From: SAR202 cluster bacterium | GTDB lineage: Bacteria > Chloroflexota > Dehalococcoidia > Lucifugimonadales > UBA3495 | DNA: 64,000 bases | Assembly (NCBI GenBank): GCA_013204585.1 | Contig: JABMNL010000035.1 | Coordinates: 10,803 to 74,802, forward strand | Direction of reading: 5' to 3' | The notes under the pieces: generated by a model | What the model was told of the DNA's origin: nothing | The model's input: only the letters and a program-made list of their open reading frames with translations | Database searches by the model: none | Program-made: the position numbers and the translations under genes | Shown: piece after piece, positions 38,077 to 47,042 of the stretch | Position numbering within the stretch: the stretch's first letter is position 1 | Layout of the letters: each line of letters opens with the position of its first letter

Positions 38077-40896
38077 ATGGCCCTTTTTGACATCGACATC
38101 TCCCCATTTGACCAGGTCAACGTCGCCCTAGATTTGGAGACAACTGGCCTCGACTCATCCCGCCACGCAATCATGGAAATCGGCGCCGTGCGGTTTCGCG
38201 GCGACGAGGTCATCGAGACCTATCAGACCCTGGTCAACCCCGGCCAACCCATACCCGAGTTCATCCAGCGCCTCACCCATATCTCCCCCCAGCAGGTAAA
38301 GCGCGCGCCATTTTTCTCGTCAGTCGCTTCGGAGATTGAGGAATTTCTCGGGGCGGATCCCATAATCGGCCACAATATTTCCTTCGACATCGGATTTTTG
38401 GCCAACAACGGAGTTCCCCTCAACAACCCCTCCTATGACACCTGGGACTTGGCCTCGATTTTCTTGCCCAATTCCCGGCAGTACTCCCTCAAGTACCTGA
38501 CCAGCTACTTTGAGGTCGAGCATGCCGACGCCCACCGGGCCTTGGCCGATGCAATGGCTACCAAGAACGTCTACATCAAGTTGTTACGGCTGGCCGCGGA
38601 GCAGGACTCTGGCCTGTTGAACTATATATCCAACCTGGCCGCCCGTAGCCGGTGGTCCATCAGCGGCATCTTGGCCGGTCTTGAGGGCGCAAGTGGCAGC
38701 ACAACCTCCACCGTGGGGCTTACAGGCCTCGACTTGCAGCAAATGGCCGCACGGCTGGGAGCGCCAGAAAAACGCCGGGCCGACCCGTCCCTCAGCGACC
38801 TAAGCGAGGAAAAAGTCGCTGGGTTGCTGGCCACCAACGGCCCCTTTGCCAAGGTCTTTTCCGGGTTTGAACACCGGGCCGAACAAGAACAGATGCTGGC
38901 CGGCGTCACCAAAGCCTTCTACCACAACGAACATTTGGTGGTCGAAGGCGGCACTGGCGTCGGTAAATCCATGGCCTACCTGCTGCCAGCGGCGCTCTTC
39001 GCCATCTCCAAGGGACAGCGGGTGGTCATCTCCACCAACACCATCAACCTGCAAGAACAGTTGATGAACAAGGACATTCCCGCGCTAACCGAGGTGCTGG
39101 AAGAATCGGGACTGGTGCAGAAGGGAGTCCTCAAGGCCGCGCTGCTCAAGGGCCGCTCCAACTACCTATGCCTGCGACGGTGGAACCATCTGGCCCGCAG
39201 CGAATCGCCGACGGTGGACGACGCTCGACTCCTATCCAAGACCTCAGTCTGGATGCAATACACCCTCAGCGGCGACCGGGCAGAGATAAATCTTTCGGGA
39301 CGCGACTTCGGCACATGGAACCACGTTTCCGCTGGCGAAAAGGGGTTCTGCCCCGGATTGCGGGACGGCTCGCCGTGTTTCCTCCGGGCCTCCAGAGAGC
39401 GCGCGGAGCAGGCGCATATTGTTGTTGTCAACCACGCGTTGCTCCTGTCCGACCTAGCCCGAGGCGGCGGTCTCATCCCCGATTACCAACATCTGGTCAT
39501 CGACGAGGCCCACAACCTGGAAGATGAAGCAACCAGACAATTTGGCTTTAAGGTCGCTCAAGACAAACTGGACGAAATCTGGGAGCCCCAAACCCGATTG
39601 ACCACCCAAGTGCGGCAGGCCATGGCTGCCGAAGGCATGGACTCGGCAGTTCGCGGCGAGGCTGAGAAGGCGGTATCCGATGTTGAGGGCGAAGGCGCGC
39701 GAATTCGACAGATTTGGGGCCGTCTCTGGGGCGAAGTAGAGCGATTCCAAGCCAACCAGAAGTCCGGCTCCCAAGACAACGGCAACCAACTGCTGGTGAC
39801 ACCCCAGATTAGGAGCACTCCCAGTTGGGCAGAGTTGCATCTAGGTTGGGAGAACCTGGATGTTGGCCTGCAACAGGCAGCCCAGAACGTGGGCCGTTTG
39901 CATCGCTTTTTGGATTCGACCAAACTCCCTGGGGCCAACGACCAGCCAGCACTGGTGATGGAAGCCGCCAACCTGATGGACGACGTGGAATCCCTAAGGG
40001 GGCAGTTCGACTCCATCTTGGGCAACCCGCTGGACGACAACATTCACTGGATCAGCAACGACCAGGTGCGGGGCAACTTCACTGTCTCTCTAAATTCTGC
40101 GCCCCTGGACATCAGCGGCACCCTGTCCGCCAATCTGTTCCAGCACAAAGACAGCGTGGTTCTGACCAGCGCCACCCTCAGCGCCGAGAGCAGCTTTGAG
40201 TACTTCAAGAACCGCGTCGGGGTGGGCAGCGATGCCACAGAACTGCTGGTCGGTTCGCCGTTTGATTATCAGAAAGCGGCCCTCCTGTTGATACCCGAGG
40301 ACATGCCGCCGCCCAACTCAGACCAATATGTCGATGCCATGGTCCGAGTCTTGACCGACTTGGGCACAAGCATGAAAGGCCACACAATGGCCCTGTTCAC
40401 CTCCTACGCTTCGCTGAGGGCAGTGGCCCAACGGCTCCGTGCGCCACTGATGGGTGAGGGCATCCAGGTGCTGGCCCAGAGTGTTGACGGTTCGCCCCAA
40501 CAGTTGATGACCCGGTTCACCGAAGAACCTAACAGTGTGCTCTTGGGAACCGCCAGTTTCTGGGAGGGAGTCGACCTGCCATCGGGGGTACTAAAGGCCT
40601 TGGTCTTGACCAGACTGCCCTTCCAGGTACCCACCGACCCAGTGGTTAAGGCGCGGTCGGAGCAATATGACGATGCCTTTAGCCAGTACTCCATACCCCA
40701 GGCCGTGCTGCGATTCCGCCAGGGATTTGGCCGACTCATTCGCAACAAAGAAGACCGCGGAACCGTCGTCATAATGGACAACCGCATTACGGCGCGCGGC
40801 TACGGGAAGTCCTTCATACGATCCATTCCCCCCTGCACCCTGCAACCCAGCAGATTGGCCGATGTCGGCCAACTAGCCGCCAAGTGGATTGCCTAG
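38077..40896 (+). CDS. dinG: DinG-family helicase with an N-terminal DEDDh 3'-5' exonuclease
   Basis: ALDLETTG...GHNISFD...HRALADA, EGGTGVGKS, LKGRSNYLC, VIDEAH and QGFGRLIR. Confidence 0.9.
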   Translation: MALFDIDISPFDQVNVALDLETTGLDSSRHAIMEIGAVRFRGDEVIETYQTLVNPGQPIPEFIQRLTHISPQQVKRAPFFSSVASEIEEFLGADPIIGHNISFDIGFLANNGVPLNNPSYDTWDLASIFLPNSRQYSLKYLTSYFEVEHADAHRALADAMATKNVYIKLLRLAAEQDSGLLNYISNLAARSRWSISGILAGLEGASGSTTSTVGLTGLDLQQMAARLGAPEKRRADPSLSDLSEEKVAGLLATNGPFAKVFSGFEHRAEQEQMLAGVTKAFYHNEHLVVEGGTGVGKSMAYLLPAALFAISKGQRVVISTNTINLQEQLMNKDIPALTEVLEESGLVQKGVLKAALLKGRSNYLCLRRWNHLARSESPTVDDARLLSKTSVWMQYTLSGDRAEINLSGRDFGTWNHVSAGEKGFCPGLRDGSPCFLRASRERAEQAHIVVVNHALLLSDLARGGGLIPDYQHLVIDEAHNLEDEATRQFGFKVAQDKLDEIWEPQTRLTTQVRQAMAAEGMDSAVRGEAEKAVSDVEGEGARIRQIWGRLWGEVERFQANQKSGSQDNGNQLLVTPQIRSTPSWAELHLGWENLDVGLQQAAQNVGRLHRFLDSTKLPGANDQPALVMEAANLMDDVESLRGQFDSILGNPLDDNIHWISNDQVRGNFTVSLNSAPLDISGTLSANLFQHKDSVVLTSATLSAESSFEYFKNRVGVGSDATELLVGSPFDYQKAALLLIPEDMPPPNSDQYVDAMVRVLTDLGTSMKGHTMALFTSYASLRAVAQRLRAPLMGEGIQVLAQSVDGSPQQLMTRFTEEPNSVLLGTASFWEGVDLPSGVLKALVLTRLPFQVPTDPVVKARSEQYDDAFSQYSIPQAVLRFRQGFGRLIRNKEDRGTVVIMDNRITARGYGKSFIRSIPPCTLQPSRLADVGQLAAKWIA

Positions 40897-41791
40897 CCAG
40901 CTTTTATCAAACGACTTTAGCGACTTTGAGGTGGAGAAAACCTTGGAACTGACCATCGACCAGCCATTTGACTTGGGATCCAGCCTGGAAAGCGGCCAAG
41001 CCCACCGGTGGAAAAAGTTGGACGACTGGTATTCCGGAGTGGTTCGAGGCGAATTTATTCAGATTCGCCAGAAGGGCCAAGTGGTGGAGTTTTCCTCTGG
41101 GCCTTCCCCTGAAGCGTCAGCCGCCGCCATGCTGCGCGACTACTTCCGGTTGGACGACGATATTGATGCCATCTACTCGGACATCAACCGAGACGACCGA
41201 GTAGCGGCGATGGTCAGCAAGTATCCGGGCCTGCGTATCCTGCGCACCGAACCTTGGGAATGCTTAGTGGCGTTTATCTGTTCGGCCAACAACAACATCG
41301 CCCGCATCCACCAAATCATGGAACGCATGTCCGAGGAGTTTGGCCGCCCGCTCTCCCTCAACGGCCAAACACGGTACACCTTCCCCACTCCGGCCGACCT
41401 TGCCGAGGCTGGTGAAGGAGAACTGAGGCGGTTAGGGTTAGGGTTTCGCGCGCCCTACGTGGACCTGGCTGCGCGGGCCGTATTGGATGGCGTTTTGGAC
41501 CTGCCAGCCCTGGTTCGGATGCCCTACTTGGAAGCCAAGGCGGCATTAATGGAGCGCAAGGGAATCGGATCCAAGATTGCTGACTGCGTCGCAGTGTTCT
41601 CCCTGGAAAAATTAGAAGCGTTCCCCATCGACGTGTGGATTCGTCGGGCACTGGGGGAATGGTATTTCCCCGACCAAAAAGTCCCGCCCGATCGAGTGCT
41701 GCTGGAGTGGGCGATGGACCACTTTGGCCGTTACGGCGGCTACGCCCAGCAATACCTGTTCCACGGCCAAAGGCTCAGAAACAAAAGCTGA
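40889..41791 (+). CDS. 8-oxoguanine DNA glycosylase (OGG1-like)
   Basis: SLESGQAHRW, FICSANNNIARI, LGLGFRA and the HhH motif KGIGSKIADCV...FPIDVW. Confidence 0.88.
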   Translation: MPSQLLSNDFSDFEVEKTLELTIDQPFDLGSSLESGQAHRWKKLDDWYSGVVRGEFIQIRQKGQVVEFSSGPSPEASAAAMLRDYFRLDDDIDAIYSDINRDDRVAAMVSKYPGLRILRTEPWECLVAFICSANNNIARIHQIMERMSEEFGRPLSLNGQTRYTFPTPADLAEAGEGELRRLGLGFRAPYVDLAARAVLDGVLDLPALVRMPYLEAKAALMERKGIGSKIADCVAVFSLEKLEAFPIDVWIRRALGEWYFPDQKVPPDRVLLEWAMDHFGRYGGYAQQYLFHGQRLRNKS

Positions 41792-41812
41792 CCGCCATCG
41801 ACCATCAGCTTT
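41784..41812. terminator. Inverted repeat joining two convergent stop codons
   Basis: aaagctga-N13-tcagcttt. Confidence 0.45.
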
Positions 41813-42848
41813 ATTGGGTCAGAATTAACTTTCCGAAGAAGCTAGTCGCTTCCATTGCTGCATGGGCGGCAGCAGCTTCGGCCAGCGGGAATGTTCGGTC
41901 AACCACCGGCTTAACGATGCCCCGATTCAACATCTCTACAATTTCCCGCATATCCTCTTTCGTTCCCATAAACGCGCCGTAAATCTCTTTCTGCTGACTA
42001 AAGAGCAGGCCCAAATGTAACTCGGTCCGCAGACCGGTGGTGGCCCCGCAGATGCCGTACCGCCCGCCAGTGCGCAACGAAGCGAACGCCGGAGCAAAAA
42101 AGTCGGCTCCTACGTGGTCGACCACACAGTCGACACCCGCGCCGCCGGTAATCTCCCGCACCCGCTCCCGAATATCCTCGTCCGTGTAGTTAATCACCAC
42201 GTCGGCGCCCAGGGCTGTGGCCTTGGCGGCTTTCTCAGGGCTGCTGGTGGTGGCGATAACCGTGGCTCCGATAACATCTTTGGCCACCTGGATGGCGGCG
42301 GTTCCCACACCGGCGGAAGCCGACAGCACCAAGACCGTCTGCCAAGCTTTTAACTGGAGTCGCCGAACCAACATGTTCCAAACTGGGAGATAGGTGGTGG
42401 GAGCCGCAGCAGCCTGTTCAAAGGACACACTGTCTGCCAACAGATGGGCGTTGGCCGCTGGGACAGAAATGAATTCCGCGTAGCTGCCATCAATGGCGCT
42501 ACCCAGGAAACGAGACCGGCGGCAAAGGTCGTCTTGACCTGCCAAGCACGGTGCGCACTGCATGCAACTGAGCCGAGGGTTGACCACGACTCGGTCGCCG
42601 GGTTTGAATCCCGCCACGCCATCGGCGCATTCCACTACCTCTCCGGCACAATCTCCGCCGAGAATCAACGGCGGTGGAAATTCCTTTTCCAGGCCGCGAC
42701 CGCCTTCTCTGGTGTAGAGATCGAGGCGGTTAAGGGCCGTCGCCTTCACCCTAATCTTGACCTCGCCTGCTTGCACTTCAGGCTCGGGCCGCTCTCCGTA
42801 GGTCAGTACCTCGGGGCCGCCGTGGGCTTCGATATACACCGCTTTCAT
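41811..42848 (-). CDS. Zinc-binding (MDR) dehydrogenase/reductase
   Basis: MKAVYIEAHGGPEVL, structural Zn motif CMQCAPC...C, and ASAGVGTAAIQVAK. Confidence 0.88.
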   Translation of the reverse strand: MKAVYIEAHGGPEVLTYGERPEPEVQAGEVKIRVKATALNRLDLYTREGGRGLEKEFPPPLILGGDCAGEVVECADGVAGFKPGDRVVVNPRLSCMQCAPCLAGQDDLCRRSRFLGSAIDGSYAEFISVPAANAHLLADSVSFEQAAAAPTTYLPVWNMLVRRLQLKAWQTVLVLSASAGVGTAAIQVAKDVIGATVIATTSSPEKAAKATALGADVVINYTDEDIRERVREITGGAGVDCVVDHVGADFFAPAFASLRTGGRYGICGATTGLRTELHLGLLFSQQKEIYGAFMGTKEDMREIVEMLNRGIVKPVVDRTFPLAEAAAAHAAMEATSFFGKLILTQ

Positions 42849-42939
42849 GGCCGCGTTCTCCTTGGGCATTAGCTTTCAGCCATCAGCTGTCAGCATTTAG
42901 AATTTCAGGGAATAGAAAACCGGGGGTCGATTGAATCGC

Positions 42940-43185
42940 TTAGGGTCGGCGACCATAGTAGCAGTCGTCGCAGAGGAACACTATTGCCAGGGCGTCCTCA
43001 TGACTGCCGATGCGGCCGCATTGGGGTATAACGCTGTCCTGGCTCCACGGCTGATGAAACTTCCCACCGCACATCTGGCAAGAAGTCTCTTGGACGCCGT
43101 CCAAGGCTTCGCCGCAGATAACGCAGGACTCCAATTCGTTTTCAGGAGTTTCCAGATTCTCGGGGATGCCGGTCTGTTCTGCCAT
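42940..43185 (-). CDS. Small Cys/His-rich zinc-finger protein (PHD-like C4HC3 pattern)
   Basis: CVIC-x11-CQMC-x4-H-x11-C-x15-CDDC. The ATG at 43185 lies just after the cca stop. Confidence 0.65.
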   Translation of the reverse strand: MAEQTGIPENLETPENELESCVICGEALDGVQETSCQMCGGKFHQPWSQDSVIPQCGRIGSHEDALAIVFLCDDCYYGRRP

Positions 43186-43195
43186 GTGTTGGGGA

Positions 43196-44446
43196 TTAAC
43201 TCCCTCGCGAGATAATCTGATTGACCAAGGCCCGCTCTTCGTCTTCATTGCCGACCAGGCCATCTTGTTTCGCTGTGTTTAGTTCCCTAAGGACCTCGCC
43301 AATTTTAGGCCCCGCTGGCACGCCCATCGCCAGCAAATCGTCGCCGGTTAATATCGGCCCAATCAGCCGCCATTCATCCAAATACTGTTGCAGCCGCGCG
43401 GCAACCTGATCGTCCTGGGAGAGCCGAACTGACGCTGCGATGGCATCCGAATCCAACCCATCCAGCACTCGGCAAATGGCCGATGGACGGACGGACGAGC
43501 CAGAAATAGCCGGTGCCAAATCTGCCAAAGCAATAGTATCACGTACCACCCGCGCCCAGGCAGCGGGCAGGTTCAGGCGGCTGGTCACCGAGTTGCCATC
43601 CGCAGCAGATAAAGACACAACCAAAGCAGCCAAATAGTCGACGGAGCCAAGATTCAGCTCAGCGGCAAGTCTGGCCAACCCTTGGCTGTCCGAGAGAGAG
43701 GGATGCACTGCCGCCAGAATTCCCAGTTCCACAGCGCGGACCAGCATACCAACTGCACGGTCTTCATCAAAGATTTTTTGAAGCTCTTGCCGCCAACGGT
43801 CGCCAGTGACCGCCGCTACGTGCCCTCCGGTTAAAGCTTCTTTCAATTCGGCTAACGTGCTGTCGGCGATTTGAAAACCCAGCCGTTGCTCGTACCGAAC
43901 GGCCCTGAGCATCCTAGTTGGGTCGTCAGGGAAACTACCTGTATGGAGGGTGCGGACCGACTTGCTGTATAAATCTTGGATACCACCCTGCGGGTCGATA
44001 ACTGCGGGCGAATCACCAGACAACGGGAGGGCCAAGCTGTTAATCGAAAAGTCCCGCCGGGCCAAATCATCCTCAAGGCCGCTGGCCGAGACCTCTGGCA
44101 GAGAACCGGAGAAGGGATAGACCTCTTTTCGGGCAGTGACCACGTCCACACGGTCGCCCTCAATCTCCACCGTCGCAGTGCCGAATCGGGGATGAACGGT
44201 TACCTCGCCACCAAGTTCTTTCGCCAAGTCCTCGGCCAAAGCAGGGGCGTCGCCCAACAGAACAAAGTCCAGGTCCTTTACCGGCATACCGAGCAGGAAA
44301 TCTCTGACTGGGCCTCCCACTAAGTAGACCGCAAGTCCGTCGTTGGTCGCCCGTCGGCGCAGGGCCTGAAAAACCGCCAACTGGCCTCCGCTGACACCGG
44401 CGGCGACTTGGTCTAATGAGATACTAATTGAAGATGAATCTGGCGT
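43196..44446 (-). CDS. cca: CCA-adding enzyme / tRNA nucleotidyltransferase
   Basis: YLVGGPVRD, KDLDF, RFGTA, DLARRDFSIN and DDPTRMLRAVR. The start is uncertain: ACG 44446 after an SD, or TTG 44380. Confidence 0.9.
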   Translation of the reverse strand, partial: TPDSSSISISLDQVAAGVSGGQLAVFQALRRRATNDGLAVYLVGGPVRDFLLGMPVKDLDFVLLGDAPALAEDLAKELGGEVTVHPRFGTATVEIEGDRVDVVTARKEVYPFSGSLPEVSASGLEDDLARRDFSINSLALPLSGDSPAVIDPQGGIQDLYSKSVRTLHTGSFPDDPTRMLRAVRYEQRLGFQIADSTLAELKEALTGGHVAAVTGDRWRQELQKIFDEDRAVGMLVRAVELGILAAVHPSLSDSQGLARLAAELNLGSVDYLAALVVSLSAADGNSVTSRLNLPAAWARVVRDTIALADLAPAISGSSVRPSAICRVLDGLDSDAIAASVRLSQDDQVAARLQQYLDEWRLIGPILTGDDLLAMGVPAGPKIGEVLRELNTAKQDGLVGNEDEERALVNQIISRGS

Positions 44447-44569
44447 TGAGTGCCTCCTGGAAATGGGGAGTCCAGAGTCAAAATTATAGCACCGCGACTC
44501 CTTACGTCGGGCGCGTACTTAGTGCAGAAAACCTGAGTCCAAAGCCGAGTAAAATCTGTCTGGTGCGCT

Positions 44570-44598
44570 TTGACAACATGTAGGCCGGTCGATACAAT
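44570..44598 (+). promoter_or_regulatory. Sigma70 promoter for the DsbA-like/rnc/ftsY unit
   Basis: TTGACA (44570-44575), 17 nt, TACAAT (44593-44598). Confidence 0.75.
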
Positions 44599-44649
44599 CC
44601 AGACGTGCACAGGCGTAAGACGCGCCCAGCCGATTTGGGAGGTAACACC

Positions 44650-45282
44650 ATGGCCGATGCCCAGTTCACCACCTTTTACGACTTCCGTTGACCCTTCGTC
44701 TATAACGCAGCCGTGTGGCTGTCGAAAGTAGAAGAGTCCACCGGAGAGAAGATTCAAGTCGATTGGCAACCCTTTTCCTTGGCCCAGGTCAACAGCGACA
44801 AAGAGCAAGACATCAAGCTCTGGGACCAACCTGGGGTTAAAGACGGCTCCGACCACACCTTCTTGGCCCATATGTCCGGTTTGGCCGCCAAACGCCAGGG
44901 CGATGAGGCCTTCCGGTCATTCTTCATGACCTTGCTTCGGGCCCGTCACGAAGACAAGAAGGACCTGCTCGACCCGGCTGTCATGGAAGAAGCCGCCGTT
45001 GCCGCTGGTCTGGACATGGCCCGCTTCCGTGAGGACCAAGCAGACCCTGAATTGCTAAAAGATATCGGCGAGTCCCATACCATCGCCGTGGAAGAGCACG
45101 GGGCCTTCGGTGTGCCGACATTTGTTTTTGGCGAGGGCAAAGCCGCCTTCTTGAAAATGTTTATACCCCCAGATGAACAGGCCGCCGAAATTTACGAGAC
45201 GATGACAAAGTCCATGAGCCAGTTCGACCACGTCGGCGAGTTCAAGCGGCCTCAGCCCCCTTGGCCTCATGGGGTTATCTAA
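44650..45282 (+). CDS. DsbA/FrnE-like thioredoxin-fold protein, probable selenoprotein (TGA at 44689-44691)
   Basis: GGGAGG SD, then ATG 44650 reads MADAQFTTFYDFR-U-PFVYNAAVWL in frame with the track ORF 44713. Cis-Pro loop GAFGVPTF is present, with a SECIS-like hairpin at 44707-44722. Confidence 0.82.
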
Positions 45283-45988
45283 AGCAAACAATGCCTCGAT
45301 TAAGGCTCTCGAATCTGTGCTGGGGTTTCCATTCAAGGACCCCAGCCTGCTTCGTCTCGCCCTAGTCCACGCCTCCTACTGCAACGAAAACGGCCTCGAT
45401 CCGTCCGAGTCCTACGAGCGACTCGAGTTCTTGGGCGATGCTGTCTTGGAACTGGCCATCTCCACCGAGCTTTACCGCCGCTTCCCGGACGCTGACGAAG
45501 GCGAACTAACCAAGACTCGCTCGTCCCTGGTTCGCCGCGAAACCCTCGCCCAGATAGCCCGCCGCATTGACTTGGGCTCTTTTTTGATCGTGGGCAAGGG
45601 CGTCGAGGTCACCAACGGGCACCAACAGGACTCGGTCTTGGCGGCAGCATTCGAGTCCCTGGTCGCTGCAATCTACCTGGACCAAGGCAACGAATTCACC
45701 CGACAATTCATACTCAACCTGATGGACGCCGAACTCAACCAGGCCGAACAAGCCGGTGGGCCTCCGGAGAACCCCAAGTCCCGCCTTCAAGAGGTGGTGC
45801 AAGGACAGGGACTTAATCCGCCCACGTACCGTCTCGTAAGCAGTGATGGGCCCGACCACGACCCGGTGTTTACTGTCGAGGTTTTGGTGAACGACCTGGT
45901 CGTTGGCACCGGGACGGGAGGCAAGAAGTCCGATGCTGAAGGCGCCGCCGCACGGGCCGCCTTGGCCGCGCTGTCCGGCAACGTGTAG
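45269..45988 (+). CDS. rnc: Ribonuclease III
   Basis: ERLEFLGDAVL signature and a dsRBD (NPKSRLQE...GPDHDPVF). Confidence 0.96.
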   Translation: MGLSKANNASIKALESVLGFPFKDPSLLRLALVHASYCNENGLDPSESYERLEFLGDAVLELAISTELYRRFPDADEGELTKTRSSLVRRETLAQIARRIDLGSFLIVGKGVEVTNGHQQDSVLAAAFESLVAAIYLDQGNEFTRQFILNLMDAELNQAEQAGGPPENPKSRLQEVVQGQGLNPPTYRLVSSDGPDHDPVFTVEVLVNDLVVGTGTGGKKSDAEGAAARAALAALSGNV

Positions 45989-46047
45989 CCCAACCAATTA
46001 ATTCCGGTTGATTCCCCCTAGCTCCCGATTCGCCCACAGGACCATAA

Positions 46048-47004
46048 ATGCTCAAATTCTTCAAACGGAACCGCCAAGAGAACATTGAACACACCAAAGA
46101 CGCGGTGAAACCCAGCCGCGAGCGGTGGTTTGGGCGGATTCTTAGTGTGCTCCGGACATCCAAGCTTGACGATTCCGTCTGGGAAGAACTAGAAGAAATT
46201 CTGATTTCCTCGGACGTTGGCGTGGAAACATCGATGCGCATAATTGAAGAATTGAAGGCCAAGGTAAAGGAAGGGGGACTGGAATCAGGCGAAGAGATAT
46301 TCGAGTCGCTAAAAGAGTCTCTGGTCGCCGGGATAGAGTCTGAAAACGCCGAATCTCTATGGATGGACGATACTGAGGTCACCGGTCCGTATGTGATACT
46401 GATGGTGGGCGTCAACGGCGTGGGCAAAACCACTAGCATCGCCAAGTTGGCCTACCATTTCACACAAGAGGGCAAGAAGGTGATTTTGGGCGCGGCGGAC
46501 ACCTTTAGGGCCGCTGCCGCCGAGCAACTGGAAATCCTCGGAAAGCAGATTGGCGTCGAAGTAATACGCCACGAATCCGGGGCCGACCCTGGCGCGGTGG
46601 CCTATGACGCCTACCAAGCAGCCAAAGCGCGGGGCGCCGACGTGTTAATCGTCGATACCGCTGGCAGGCTGCACACCAAGTCCAACTTGATGGAGGAACT
46701 GCGTAAGGTACACCGGGTATTGGCCCGGTTGGAACCCAAAGCCCCCCACCAAGTTATTCTGACCCTCGACGCCACCACCGGCCACAACGGCCTGGCCCAA
46801 GCCAAGTCATTCAAGGAAGCAGTGGATTGTACCGGCATATTCTTGGCCAAATTGGACGGCACAGCCCGGGGCGGCATAGTTCTTGCCATCAATCAGGAAC
46901 TACAGGTGCCCATTTTGTTTATCGGCACCGGCGAAGGTGTTACGGACTTGGCCCCCTTCGACACCCGAGACTTCGTGGAATCACTACTGGCACCCGTCTC
47001 CTGA
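46048..47004 (+). CDS. ftsY: Signal recognition particle receptor
   Basis: [21 protein letters not shown] and [10 protein letters not shown]. Confidence 0.97.
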   Translation: MLKFFKRNRQENIEHTKDAVKPSRERWFGRILSVLRTSKLDDSVWEELEEILISSDVGVETSMRIIEELKAKVKEGGLESGEEIFESLKESLVAGIESENAESLWMDDTEVTGPYVILMVGVNGVGKTTSIAKLAYHFTQEGKKVILGAADTFRAAAAEQLEILGKQIGVEVIRHESGADPGAVAYDAYQAAKARGADVLIVDTAGRLHTKSNLMEELRKVHRVLARLEPKAPHQVILTLDATTGHNGLAQAKSFKEAVDCTGIFLAKLDGTARGGIVLAINQELQVPILFIGTGEGVTDLAPFDTRDFVESLLAPVS

Positions 47005-47042
47005 CTCTGACCAACTATTCCTCGGCCGTCGGCGAATAACCC

